Source: a virus | Lineage: Duplodnaviria > Caudoviricetes | Reading direction: 5' to 3' (one strand) | IMG/VR virus record: IMGVR_UViG_637000339_000002 | Length of the DNA: 64,000 nt | Shown: in pieces, positions 42,338-52,410 of the stretch | Position numbering within the stretch: the first letter of the stretch is position 1 | Layout: the number at the start of each line of letters is the position of its first letter | Made by a program: the position numbers and the translations under genes | The notes under the pieces: generated by a model | What the model was told of the DNA's origin: nothing | The model's input: the letters and a program-made list of their open reading frames with translations, nothing else | Databases searched by the model: none

Positions 42338-44157
42338 TATATGCTACATCTTTTTCTGAAGGTTTAAAGCCAGATCCACTACTTAAAGTGTCAGAGTGGG
42401 CGAATGAGTATCGAGTTTTAGCGCCAACTGCAGCATCAGAGCCAGGTAAATGGAGAACAGAAAGAACTCCTTATTTAAAAGAAATCATGGATTCACTTTC
42501 TCCGTCCTCACCAGCAGAAAAAGTAGTATTCATGAAAGGAGCGCAGATTGGAGGAACAGAAGCTGGTAACAATTGGATAGGCTATATTATAGATCAGACT
42601 CCTGGTCCAATGTTAGTTGTGCAGCCAACAGTTGAAATGGGAAAGCGTTGGTCAAAAGGAAGATTTGCGCCGTTAATAGAGAGTACGCCATGTTTAAAGA
42701 GTAAAGTAAAAGACCCAAGGTCAAGAGACTCAGGCAATACTGTACAAAGTAAGGAATTTCCAGGTGGAATAGTAGTAATAACCGGAGCAAATAGCAGTGT
42801 AGCACTGAGATCTATGCCAGTAAAATATCTCTTTCTTGATGAAATAGACGCCTATCCAGGAGATTCAGGTGGTGAAGGAGATCCAGTGCTGCTCAGTATT
42901 GCTCGAACTAATACATTTGCACGGCGAAAGATTTTTTTAGTATCAACACCAACGATTCATGGAATAAGCAGAATTGAGAAAGAATTTGAAGCAACAGATA
43001 AGCAGTACTTTTTTGTACCATGTCCGTATTGTAATTACTATCAAGTTCTAAAATGGTCACAAATTAAATGGGAAAACAACGACTCAAGAACAGCACATTA
43101 TGTCTGCACTGAATGTAGCGGCAAAATAGAAAATCATCAAAAGACAGAGATGCTTGAGCGTGGAGAATGGAGACCTACTAATAGAGTAAAAGGTGAGAAA
43201 AAAGGATTTCATCTTTCAAGTCTTTATAGTCCAGTAGGCTGGTATAGCTGGACTCAAGCAGTAGAAGATTTTCTTCATGCAAAAGAAAGTGAACAATTAC
43301 TAAAAGTATGGATAAATACTACGCTTGGAGAAACCTGGGTAGACAAAGGAGAAGTACCAGATTGGAAGCAATTATTTAACAGGAGAGAATTTTTTCCCGT
43401 AGGCACAGTACCTAGGAGAGAAGTGGTGCTTACTGCAGGAGTAGATGTCCAAAAAGATCGTTTAGAAGTAGAAGTTGTAGCATGGGGAAAAAGCCGCGAA
43501 AGTTGGTCAATAGAATACCGAGTATTTGAAGGTGATACTGGAAGAGGAGAAGTATGGGGAAAACTCTCTGAGCTCTTAAATCATCATTTTATCGGTGAAA
43601 ATGGTCTTGAATACATGATAAGTATGATGGCGGTTGATGCTGGGTATGCGACACAAGAAGTATACAATTGGGTAAGAGGTCATCAAGGCTCTGGAAGAGT
43701 AATGGCAGTGAAAGGTGTAAATAAAGCTCTAGTACCACTTAGCAGCCCAAGTAGAGTAGATATAACAGTTGGTGGTCAAAAGCTAAAAAGAGGAATAAAG
43801 CTCTGGCCAGTGGGAGTATCGATTTTAAAGTCAGAACTTTTTCAATTACTTAATGTTTTAAAGGACGGTGAAGAAGCTCCAGCAGGATACTGTCATTTTC
43901 CCGAGTATGCACCTGAATATTTTAAGCAGCTAACGGCAGAGCAATTAGTCAGCAAAGTAGTAAAAGGTTATACCAAACAAGAGTGGCAAAAGGTAAGAGA
44001 AAGAAATGAAGTATTAGACTGTAGGATTTATGCAAGAACAGCATCTATTGCGCTTGGAATCGATCGTTGGCCAGAGAGTAAATGGAATAGTTTAAGTGAA
44101 AAACCAGAAAGTAAAAAATCAAAGAAAATAGTGAAAAGCAAATGGATCAGCGAGTAG
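42334..44157 (+). CDS. Terminase large subunit (lambda gpA family)
   Basis: KGAQIGGTE, LDEID, STPT, GVDVQ, RNEVLDC. Confidence 0.95.
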   Translation: MIYATSFSEGLKPDPLLKVSEWANEYRVLAPTAASEPGKWRTERTPYLKEIMDSLSPSSPAEKVVFMKGAQIGGTEAGNNWIGYIIDQTPGPMLVVQPTVEMGKRWSKGRFAPLIESTPCLKSKVKDPRSRDSGNTVQSKEFPGGIVVITGANSSVALRSMPVKYLFLDEIDAYPGDSGGEGDPVLLSIARTNTFARRKIFLVSTPTIHGISRIEKEFEATDKQYFFVPCPYCNYYQVLKWSQIKWENNDSRTAHYVCTECSGKIENHQKTEMLERGEWRPTNRVKGEKKGFHLSSLYSPVGWYSWTQAVEDFLHAKESEQLLKVWINTTLGETWVDKGEVPDWKQLFNRREFFPVGTVPRREVVLTAGVDVQKDRLEVEVVAWGKSRESWSIEYRVFEGDTGRGEVWGKLSELLNHHFIGENGLEYMISMMAVDAGYATQEVYNWVRGHQGSGRVMAVKGVNKALVPLSSPSRVDITVGGQKLKRGIKLWPVGVSILKSELFQLLNVLKDGEEAPAGYCHFPEYAPEYFKQLTAEQLVSKVVKGYTKQEWQKVRERNEVLDCRIYARTASIALGIDRWPESKWNSLSEKPESKKSKKIVKSKWISE

Positions 44158-44160
44158 TAA

Positions 44161-44394
44161 ATGTATAACGAAGATTATCTAATTCAAGTCGAAGAAGCGA
44201 TAAAGAAACTACAAAACGGAGAGCGAGTAGTATCAATTGCATATGGTGACCATGTTGTAAGATATGCTGAAGTAGATATAAATGATTTACTAAGCTTAAG
44301 ACAACGTATTAAGGCTGAATTGAAAATTGCAGGTATGAAGCCAAAGAGAAAAATTGTTTTTTCAACAAATAAAGGGGTTGACAAAATTATGTAA
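44161..44394 (+). CDS. gpW-like head-to-tail joining protein
   Basis: GERVVSIAYGD; position after gpA. Confidence 0.8.
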   Translation: MYNEDYLIQVEEAIKKLQNGERVVSIAYGDHVVRYAEVDINDLLSLRQRIKAELKIAGMKPKRKIVFSTNKGVDKIM

Positions 44395-44406
44395 AAATGT
44401 TATAGT
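44378..44406 (+). promoter_or_regulatory. Sigma70 promoter of TA moron 2
   Basis: TTGACA-17 nt-TATAGT; nearly identical to 23226-23254. Confidence 0.7.
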
Positions 44407-44425
44407 TTAGAGTTGATATCTTACA

Positions 44426-44695
44426 GTGAATAATATGGATCAAAGTCAAGGAAGGCTTAATGTTAATGTAAATTTTGAGGGGGAATTTGCTCAGTATCTT
44501 ACAGAAATGGCAAAAGTTCAAAATAGAACTATTGAAGAAATTGTAAAAGATCTAGTAGAAGAAGAACTTGAGGTAAGTAAACTATCTGAAGGTGACGAAA
44601 TGGATGAAGGAGAAATAGCTCTACTTGAACTTGCTGCTAAACGTAATGTTCCTGGAGCAAAAATAATTAGACATGAAGATATCAAGTGGGAATAA
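44426..44695 (+). CDS. Antitoxin
   Basis: Acidic ORF overlapping the RelE gene; IRHEDIKWE tail. Confidence 0.7.
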   Translation: MNNMDQSQGRLNVNVNFEGEFAQYLTEMAKVQNRTIEEIVKDLVEEELEVSKLSEGDEMDEGEIALLELAAKRNVPGAKIIRHEDIKWE

Positions 44696-44967
44696 TTTAC
44701 CAAATTGGTTATTTAGAAGGTGTAGATACCGAAGATCTTCCTTCTCTTCCGAAAACAATACGGTTAAGGGTGCAAAAAGCTATAGAAAAACGTCTCACAA
44801 TTATTCCTGATAAAGTAGGTGAGGCTTTATCGCATAAATGGGTAGGCTACTTTAGGTTGCGTGTTGGCGATTATCGAGTCATATACTTAATAGATAACTC
44901 AGAGCACATGGTCAAAATTGCAGCAATAGGACATCGAAAAGAAATTTATAAACGTAGCCCAGAGTAA
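44686..44967 (+). CDS. RelE/ParE-family toxin
   Basis: RLRVGDYRVIY...IGHRKEIY. Confidence 0.9.
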   Translation: MGIIYQIGYLEGVDTEDLPSLPKTIRLRVQKAIEKRLTIIPDKVGEALSHKWVGYFRLRVGDYRVIYLIDNSEHMVKIAAIGHRKEIYKRSPE

Positions 44968-45069
44968 TGACTCTCTACATACAATCTGTTGACCAAATTC
45001 TCTAGCAACTTGCTATAATTTTTCAATGTCAAATTGTGCAACAACTTGTTGCATAATCAAAGAGGCAAA

Positions 45070-46487
45070 ATGTTATTAAAATCATTCAAACAACTATTTA
45101 ACAAACCAAAGATAAAAAGCTCAGCCTGGGATGCTGCAGGCTCAGGAAGAAGATTTTTTCACTTTCAACCAGAGTTAGGAAGTATAAACAATTTGCTGTC
45201 TCAAAACCTTGAAACTTTACGTAGTAGATCACGTGATATGGTGAGAAAAAATCCATATGCAGCAAATATTATTGATACAATAGTAAGTAACTCTATTGGA
45301 ACAGGAATAAAACCGCAATCAAAAGCAAGGGATGGGGAATTTCGAAAGAGGGTGCAAGAATTATGGCTAAGATGGACAGATGAAGCAGACAGTAACGGAG
45401 TAAGTGATTTTTATGGATTACAAGCTCTAGTATGCAGAAGTATGATAGAGGGAGGAGAATGTTTTGTACGTTTAAGAACGAGAAAGCTGGAAGATAGATT
45501 TTCTGTGCCATTACAACTGCAAGTACTTGAGTCTGAACATTTAGATAATAAAACAAATCAAACTTTAGGAAATGGTAATGTAATAAGAAACGGGATTGAG
45601 TTTAACAAGCTTGGGCAAAGAGAAGCATATTACCTATTTAAAGAACACCTTGGTGAAGGCTCATTTGGTGAATCAGTGAGAGTGCCAGCAAATGATGTTT
45701 TACATATTTATAGACCATTAAGACCTGGGCAAATTAGAGGAGAGCCATGGCTTTCGAGTATACTGCTAAAGCTCTATGAACTTGATCAATATGATGATGC
45801 AGAATTAGTGAGAAAAAAGACAGCAGCGATGTTTGCAGGGTTTATTACAAGGCTCGATCCTGAAGCAAATATTTTAGGAGAAGGTGAAAGTAATGAGCAA
45901 GGAGTAGCACTATCAGGTTTAGAGCCAGGAACAATGCAGCTTTTAGACCCAGGAGAAGACATAAAATTTTCAGAGCCATCTGATGTAGGAGGAAGTTATG
46001 AAGCATTCATGAGACAGCAGCTGAGGGCAATAGCAATAGGCACAGGGATAACATATGAGCAACTAACAGGAGATTTAACGGGCGTTAATTATTCATCCAT
46101 TCGAGCAGGATTAATAGAGTTTCGTCGTAGATGTGCTATGCTGCAACACAACATTATGGTATTTCAATTTTGCAGACCAGTATGGAGTAGATGGCTAGAA
46201 TTAGCAGTACTCTGTGGAGAACTGAGTATAGATAAAAAAGTAGCAAAAGCAGCGAAAGAAGAAGTAAAATGGATACCACAGGGATTTGATTGGTGGATCC
46301 TTTAAAAGACCAGCAAGCACAACAAATGGCAGTAAGAAATGGATTTAAGAGTCGATCAGAAGTGGTTTCAGAGCTAGGTTATGATGTAGAAGAAATAGAC
46401 CAAGAAATTGCAGAAGATCAAAGACGTGCTAGTTCCTTGGGTTTAAGTTTTGATTCCGACGTTACTACTAATCAAGAGATAATATGA
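45070..46487 (+). pseudogene. Lambda-family portal protein, frameshifted near 46290
   Basis: RPGQIRGEP, NYSSIRAG. The W-VDPLKD motif is broken by loss of one G. Confidence 0.88.
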
Positions 46488-47545
46488 AAAACCAAGCGAT
46501 ATGGCTAAACAGATGTGTAATGGTAGAACCAAGGAGTTTTGAATTACTGTCACTACAAACAGGAAAGCAGCCTATCTTTAAAAATATAAAACATGCGGTA
46601 AGAAATAGTGAAAGAGGAATAATACCAATACATGGAATCTTGACGAAAAAGTCAGAAGTTTTTGATGATGTATTGGGGATGACATCGTATGAGAAGATAA
46701 GTGAAGAGATAGAAGAAGCTTTAATAGATAAAGAAGTAGAAACAATAATTTTGGACATAGACAGCCCCGGAGGAGAAGTAAACGGTTTATTCGACCTTTC
46801 CGACTTTATTTACCAAGCAAGGAGAAAAAAGAGGATTGTGGCAATAGCAAATGATGATGCGTATTCTGCGGCGTATGCAATTGCATCAAGTGCTGAAAAA
46901 GTATTGGTAACTAGAACTTCAGGAGTTGGAAGCATAGGAGTAATAGCAAGTCATATAGATCAAAGTGGGTTTGATGAAAAACAGGGAATAAAATATACGA
47001 CAGTATTTGCAGGAAGTAGAAAAAATGATTTAAATCCACATGAGCCAATAACTTCTGAGAGTTTAGAAAGCCTAAAAAGCGAAGTGAATCGTTTATATGG
47101 AATGCTGGTTGAGCTAATAGCACGCAATAGAAACCTTTCTGTAGAGGCAATAAAATCAACAGAAGCAGGGCTATATTTTGGCGAGAAAGCAGTAGAAATA
47201 GGTCTTGCAGATGGAATTACAATTCTTTCAGAGTTTAAATCTATTAATAAAAAAGGGGATATTACTATGAATGAAAAAACTACAAATGACCTAGAAACTG
47301 ACAATTTAACTAAGTATCGTACTGAAGTTCTTGAATTAATACGTTTATGTAACTTATCACGAATGCCAGAAAAGATAGGAGAATTTATTGAGCAAAGCGT
47401 AAGTGTTGAGCAAGCCAGGGAAGTTTTAATGGAGTTACTTGCAGAGCGAACGAAGAAGACAGAAATACTAAGTGCAATACCACAGAATTCAGGAGAAGAG
47501 TTGATGATGCAGGTAGCGAAAAGTCGTGCGCAATCAAACATTTAA
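46484..47545 (+). CDS. S49 prohead protease / minor capsid protein C (WO orf7)
   Basis: DIDSPGG, SAAYAIAS, GSIGV. Confidence 0.9.
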   Translation: MKNQAIWLNRCVMVEPRSFELLSLQTGKQPIFKNIKHAVRNSERGIIPIHGILTKKSEVFDDVLGMTSYEKISEEIEEALIDKEVETIILDIDSPGGEVNGLFDLSDFIYQARRKKRIVAIANDDAYSAAYAIASSAEKVLVTRTSGVGSIGVIASHIDQSGFDEKQGIKYTTVFAGSRKNDLNPHEPITSESLESLKSEVNRLYGMLVELIARNRNLSVEAIKSTEAGLYFGEKAVEIGLADGITILSEFKSINKKGDITMNEKTTNDLETDNLTKYRTEVLELIRLCNLSRMPEKIGEFIEQSVSVEQAREVLMELLAERTKKTEILSAIPQNSGEELMMQVAKSRAQSNI

Positions 47546-47619
47546 AGTATGTGTATAACCGCCGTGTATAACAACCACAAATATGGCGGTAAAAAAATAA
47601 AAAAAGGAGAGAAAAAGAC

Positions 47620-47991
47620 ATGATAAGTATAACTGAAGGAAATAATTTAGGCGATCTTCTGAAATATGAAGTGTCCAACCTATATTCAAGAGATCAAATA
47701 ACAGTAGCCAAGGGACAAAATCTAAAGCTGGGAAAAGTAGTTGGTTATGATACTAAAGATGGTTTTATTAAAGCTTTAAATCCAACTGCCACAGATGGGA
47801 CACAAACGGCTATAGGAGTGATAGCAAGCGATGTAAACGCAAAGGAAAATAGTAAAGGAGTAATTATTGCTCGTGGTGCAATACTAGCAGATCATGCAGT
47901 TGTATGGCCAGCAAATATCATTGAAGAGCAGAAAACTGCAGCAATAAAGCACCTTGAAGGACGAGGGATCATTATCCGCAAGGGAGCTTAA
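47620..47991 (+). CDS. Head decoration protein
   Basis: YSRDQIT...DGTQTAIGV; synteny. Confidence 0.85.
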   Translation: MISITEGNNLGDLLKYEVSNLYSRDQITVAKGQNLKLGKVVGYDTKDGFIKALNPTATDGTQTAIGVIASDVNAKENSKGVIIARGAILADHAVVWPANIIEEQKTAAIKHLEGRGIIIRKGA

Positions 47992-48027
47992 AAAACTATT
48001 AAAAATACAAAAGGGGGAAAAGAAAAA

Positions 48028-49032
48028 ATGCAAAATCCATTTACAAATACAGCATTTAGCATGACGGCACTAACAAATGCAATAAATATATTGCCGATAA
48101 ATTATGGACGAGTTGAAAATTTAAATTTGTTTCCAAGTAGGTCAGTAAGATTTAGACATATTACTATAGAGGAGCAAAATGGAGTATTAAGTTTACTACC
48201 AACGCATTTACCAGGAGCACCAGCAACAGTAGGAAAACGTGGAAAACGAAAAATAAGAACTTTTACCATTCCACATATACCACATGATGACGTAGTGTTG
48301 CCTGAGGAAGTACAGGGAATAAGGGCATTTGGGTCAGAAAGTGAACTGAAAGCATTGGCAGATGTAATAACTGATCATTTGCAGCTAATGAGAAATAAAC
48401 ACGCAATAACGTTAGAACATTTGAGAATGGGAGCGCTGAAGGGAATCATTCTTGATGCTGATGGGTCGGAGTTATTAAACCTTTACAACGAATTTGAAAT
48501 TACACCAAAAGTAGTAAATTTTGCATTGGGGACTGCGACAACCGATGTAAAGCGTAAGTGTCTGGAAGTATTGCGCCATGTTGAGGACAATTTAAGTGGT
48601 GAATATATGACGGGGATTCATGCACTGGTAAGTCCAGAGTTTTTTGATGCACTAATTTCGCATAGTAAAGTGAAAGAGGCATATGAAAGATGGCAAGAAG
48701 GAGCAGCGCTGAGGAATGACATGAGATCAGGATTTACGTTCTGTGGAATAACATTTGAAGAGTATAGAGGGCAAGCAACCGACCCTGAAGGAACCGTAAG
48801 AAGATTTATAGAAAGAGAAAGTGGAAACTGTTTTCCACTAGGAACAGCGAGCACATTTACAACGTATTTTGCACCAGCAGACTTTAATGAGACAGTAAAT
48901 ACTCTTGGACAGCCACTTTACGCGAAACAAGAGCCAAGAAGATTTGATAGAGGGACCGATTTACATACTCAGTCAAATTCTCTGCCAATGTGCCATAGAC
49001 CGGGAGTATTAGTAAAAGTCGTTGTAACATAA
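48028..49032 (+). CDS. Major capsid protein (lambda gpE family)
   Basis: FSMTALTNAIN...TLEHLRMGALKG...TQSNSLP. Confidence 0.9.
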   Translation: MQNPFTNTAFSMTALTNAINILPINYGRVENLNLFPSRSVRFRHITIEEQNGVLSLLPTHLPGAPATVGKRGKRKIRTFTIPHIPHDDVVLPEEVQGIRAFGSESELKALADVITDHLQLMRNKHAITLEHLRMGALKGIILDADGSELLNLYNEFEITPKVVNFALGTATTDVKRKCLEVLRHVEDNLSGEYMTGIHALVSPEFFDALISHSKVKEAYERWQEGAALRNDMRSGFTFCGITFEEYRGQATDPEGTVRRFIERESGNCFPLGTASTFTTYFAPADFNETVNTLGQPLYAKQEPRRFDRGTDLHTQSNSLPMCHRPGVLVKVVVT

Positions 49033-49034
49033 CA

Positions 49035-49087
49035 ACACAGGTAGAGCAACTATAAAGTGGTGAGGCAGAAGAATGCTTTACCTGTGT
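49035..49087 (+). terminator. Stem-loop after the major capsid gene
   Basis: ACACAGGTAGAGCA / TGCTTTACCTGTGT inverted repeat; no strong U-tract. Confidence 0.4.
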
Positions 49088-49129
49088 GCCCCTTCTTAGC
49101 ATGTAAAGGTTAGTATATAGCAGAAAAAT

Positions 49130-49435
49130 ATGCAAGAAAATATTAAGAGATTATTGCAAGATTGTTTTGCCCATTTAGGAAAAGTAGCTTTGTATGAATC
49201 AAAGGATAAGTCATATATGGTACAAGTACTAAAGCAACAGCCAGATAAATTATACGAGATTGGTGAAGGACAATTTGTAGGAGAAATTTTATTGTTGGAA
49301 GTAAGTGTGTTTGATGTATTAAAGCCAATGGTAGGAGATACTTTTTCCATAGGTAGTTGTAGATACAGAGTACACACACCACCACTTAGAGATAATTCAG
49401 GAATGGTATGGAAAATTCAAGCATCGGGGGTGTAA
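49130..49435 (+). CDS. Head-tail joining protein (gpFII-like)
   Basis: Position after the capsid gene; PMVGDTFSIG...D..GMVW. Confidence 0.6.
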   Translation: MQENIKRLLQDCFAHLGKVALYESKDKSYMVQVLKQQPDKLYEIGEGQFVGEILLLEVSVFDVLKPMVGDTFSIGSCRYRVHTPPLRDNSGMVWKIQASGV

Positions 49436-49440
49436 AATGT

Positions 49441-51356
49441 GTGCGCCAAGAAGTGCGTAAGGAACAGTTGGTGAAAATCCAACACGGGTAAAGCTTAGCC
49501 GGCAACCTGGAACAAACCATTATGCTGCGTAAGGTAACGAGCGTAGTAAAGCTAATGGAATGGACAACATAGGGTGCAACGAAAGTGAAGGTATTGAGTC
49601 CCGTAATTCACGCGTCATGGGGGCTGACACTTTACATTTGGTGGAAGGCAACATGGGTAATAACGCTAAGGCAAGATATTACTCACCTCATCGGGATCGA
49701 AGGCCGCGTCATATGTTGAGATGGACCTTACGTGAACTTGGGAGATCCTTTGTATTCCTGTAAGGGTACTCTGGAACAAGTCAATAAAGGCGAGGACTGG
49801 AGGAAGATGCAAAGGAAGTCGGACTAACTGATAGTACTCGGAGTGTGGGAAAGCCACATACAAGGGGAAGCGGTTAGCAATATAGTGACTGGTATAGGGA
49901 TTGCTATACCAATACAACAGAGATTAGAGGAGTATGCAAGGAAAACTAAACCAGATAGCAGTAAGGGCTAAGCAAGATAAGCGAGTAAAATTTACATCAT
50001 TAGTTCATTTGATTAATGAAGAGAATCTTGCAGAGTGTTATAAGGAACTAAAACGCAACAAGGCTTGTGGTATAGATCGTGTGACAGTGGAAGCTTATGG
50101 AGAAAATCTAGAAGAGAAACTTAAAACACTAGTGGATAGTATGAAGAGAAAACAATATCACCGCTACCAGTGAAAAGGGTATACATACCCAAAGCCGGGA
50201 GCAAAGAGAAGCGCGGTCTCGGAATACCATCAACGGAAGATAAGTTGGTACAGGTAATGCTAAAGAAGATATTAGAAAATATTTATGAAGCAAACTTTAT
50301 GGACAGCTCGTATGGATTTCGACCAGGAAGAAATTGTCATCAGGCGATAAACGCTCTAGATAAAGCAGTTATGCACAAACCAATTAACTATATTGTAGAA
50401 GTGGATATCAAGAAGTTCTTTGATAATGTTCAACATAAATGGCTAATGAATTGTCTAAGGGAACGAATAGCTGACCCAAATTTATTGTGGTTAATAAAAC
50501 GATTTCTAAAGGCAGGAATAGTCGAAGTTGGATGTTATAAAGCAACCGATCAAGGCACACCACAAGGTGGTATAGTAAGCCCTGTCTTAGCTAATATATA
50601 CTTACACTATGTGCTGGACTTATGGTTTGAAAAGAAATTTAAGCCAAAAGCCAGAGGATATTTACAGCTAATAAGGTTTTGCGACGATTTTGTAGTTGGC
50701 TGCGAGAGGGAAGAAGACGCAAAAGAATTTCTAGAATTACTGAAACAAAGACTAAGTAAATTTGGGTTGGAAATAGCTGAAAATAAAACAAAAATAGTAA
50801 AGTTTGGTAAGAAAGAATGGTATCAAGCAGAAAGAGAGAAACGTAGGACGGCTAGCTTCAACTTTCTAGGATTTACACATTATTGTGGAAAAAGTCGTAA
50901 TGGTAAACTTATGATGAAGCAGAAAACTTCAAAAATAAGCCTAGCCAGAAAGATTAAAGAAATCAAAGAATGGTTGAAGATGGTACGAAGTCGTATCTGT
51001 CTCAAAGATTGGTGGCAGAAACTTAAAGCCAAACTAACAGGACACTATAGCTACTTCGGAGTTAGCGGAAATTATCGGTGTTTGATTCAATTCTATCGAC
51101 CGGTAACAAAGTTAGCATTTAAGTGGATAAACCGACGTAGTCAAAAGAAAAGTATGGATTGGGAACAATTTATACACTATTTAAAAGTAAATCCATTACC
51201 AAAACCAAAGGTATATGTTTCTTTATACACAGGAGCACTAGTGTGAACGCTGTATTGTGGAGCCGTGTGCGGGAAATCCGCAAGCACGGTTCTTTTGGGG
51301 AGACTATGGTTATGAGACCAAATCGCTGGTTTCAAGGTCATGAGTCTCTACCAGAC
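49441..51356 (+). mobile_element. Group II intron
   Basis: 5' GTGCG; DV GAGCCGTGTGCGGGAAATCCGCAAGCACGGTTC; DVI with bulged A ending CTACCAGAC. Confidence 0.9.
49934..51246 (+). pseudogene. Intron reverse transcriptase/maturase, frameshifted near 50160, no endonuclease domain
   Basis: RVYIPK, SYGFRPGR, GTPQGG, RFCDD, FLGF. YQPLPV is broken by a one-base loss. Confidence 0.88.
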
Positions 51357-52410
51357 CCCTCCCTTCAGAAAGCCCTATATCTCTGCTTTTTTTGACTACT
51401 ACAAAAGAAGCTTTTCTGTTGGAGACGTAAATAAACTTTGCTCTTTGTCTCCATTTTAAGCAGCAATCAAATTTTACGAGCTTCTGTCTCTTCTTCTATG
51501 GCAGTAACTTCAAACTTTTTTCCTTTAGCTTCATCTACAATTTGCTGATAAAGATTGTTTCATCACTGAGAGTTTTGCAATCAATTGCTCAGAGGTTTGC
51601 AATAAAAGTTGTTGTATTCTCATATAGTCTCCATTAACCCCTTATACTCACCACAAGTTGTTCAATCTTTTTTGAAAAACTTTCTTTGCAACCAACAAAA
51701 AAACATGATAGACTAGCTTTAGGGTTTTTTGTAATAAATAAAAATTTGAGATAAAAAATAATTTAGAAATGCCTCATAATCGATTTTTAAGCTACCTTAC
51801 ATGAGCAACTTAGGTCTTGGTGGTATAATTGTACCCTGAAGTCGTAGAATCGTTTTAAAACCGCATTAGCAGACCAACGTTTATTTGAGTTTTATCAGCA
51901 TAAAAAAAAGATGAGAGTAAGAGCCTTTTAAAAACGCACTAATTGTATTTTTCATTAAATGTAAATATCTTAATAATATTTTGTGGCAGCCTTTCTGGAC
52001 TTCTTTCTTTTTGCTGTTTAAGTTATTGTACTTTATTTGTATTTTACTATTATTTTATATTATCTATTATTATTTATTACTATTATATATATATAATATA
52101 TAAGGGTTTTAGGAACGCAGAATCCGCTATAATGGCTGACTTCAGACACATAATAACTAGGAACACTTTTAGGAATAGAGGGCAAAAGGTTAGGATTCAA
52201 GCGATCTTTAGCTTCCTAGTTTCTCATTACTTATTTAGTAACCAAGGAATTAGGAATATAATTCAACCATTTGATGTCTTATCCCTTTTTAATTGAAATC
52301 ATAACTTATAATAGGGTTGTGGCTCCGAAGTTAGATTGAGTAGATGGTAGATTGAATAGAGAAAATAGGGCAACTCTAAAATATTTAAAGAGCCACCCAT
52401 AAAGAAAGAC

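Larger units (their letters stand above)
16328..49440. mobile_element. Prophage WO region (tail, replication, packaging and head modules), degraded
   Basis: Contiguous phage structural and replication genes with several inactivating lesions. Confidence 0.93.

Noticed and set aside
49934-51246. RT in a prophage as a DGR or retron
   Set aside because: It is bounded by canonical group II intron ends (GTGCG, DV, DVI), and I saw no TR/VR pair.
51943-52296. 117-aa Tyr/Ile-rich ORF
   Set aside because: Translation artefact of the AT-rich origin-like tract.
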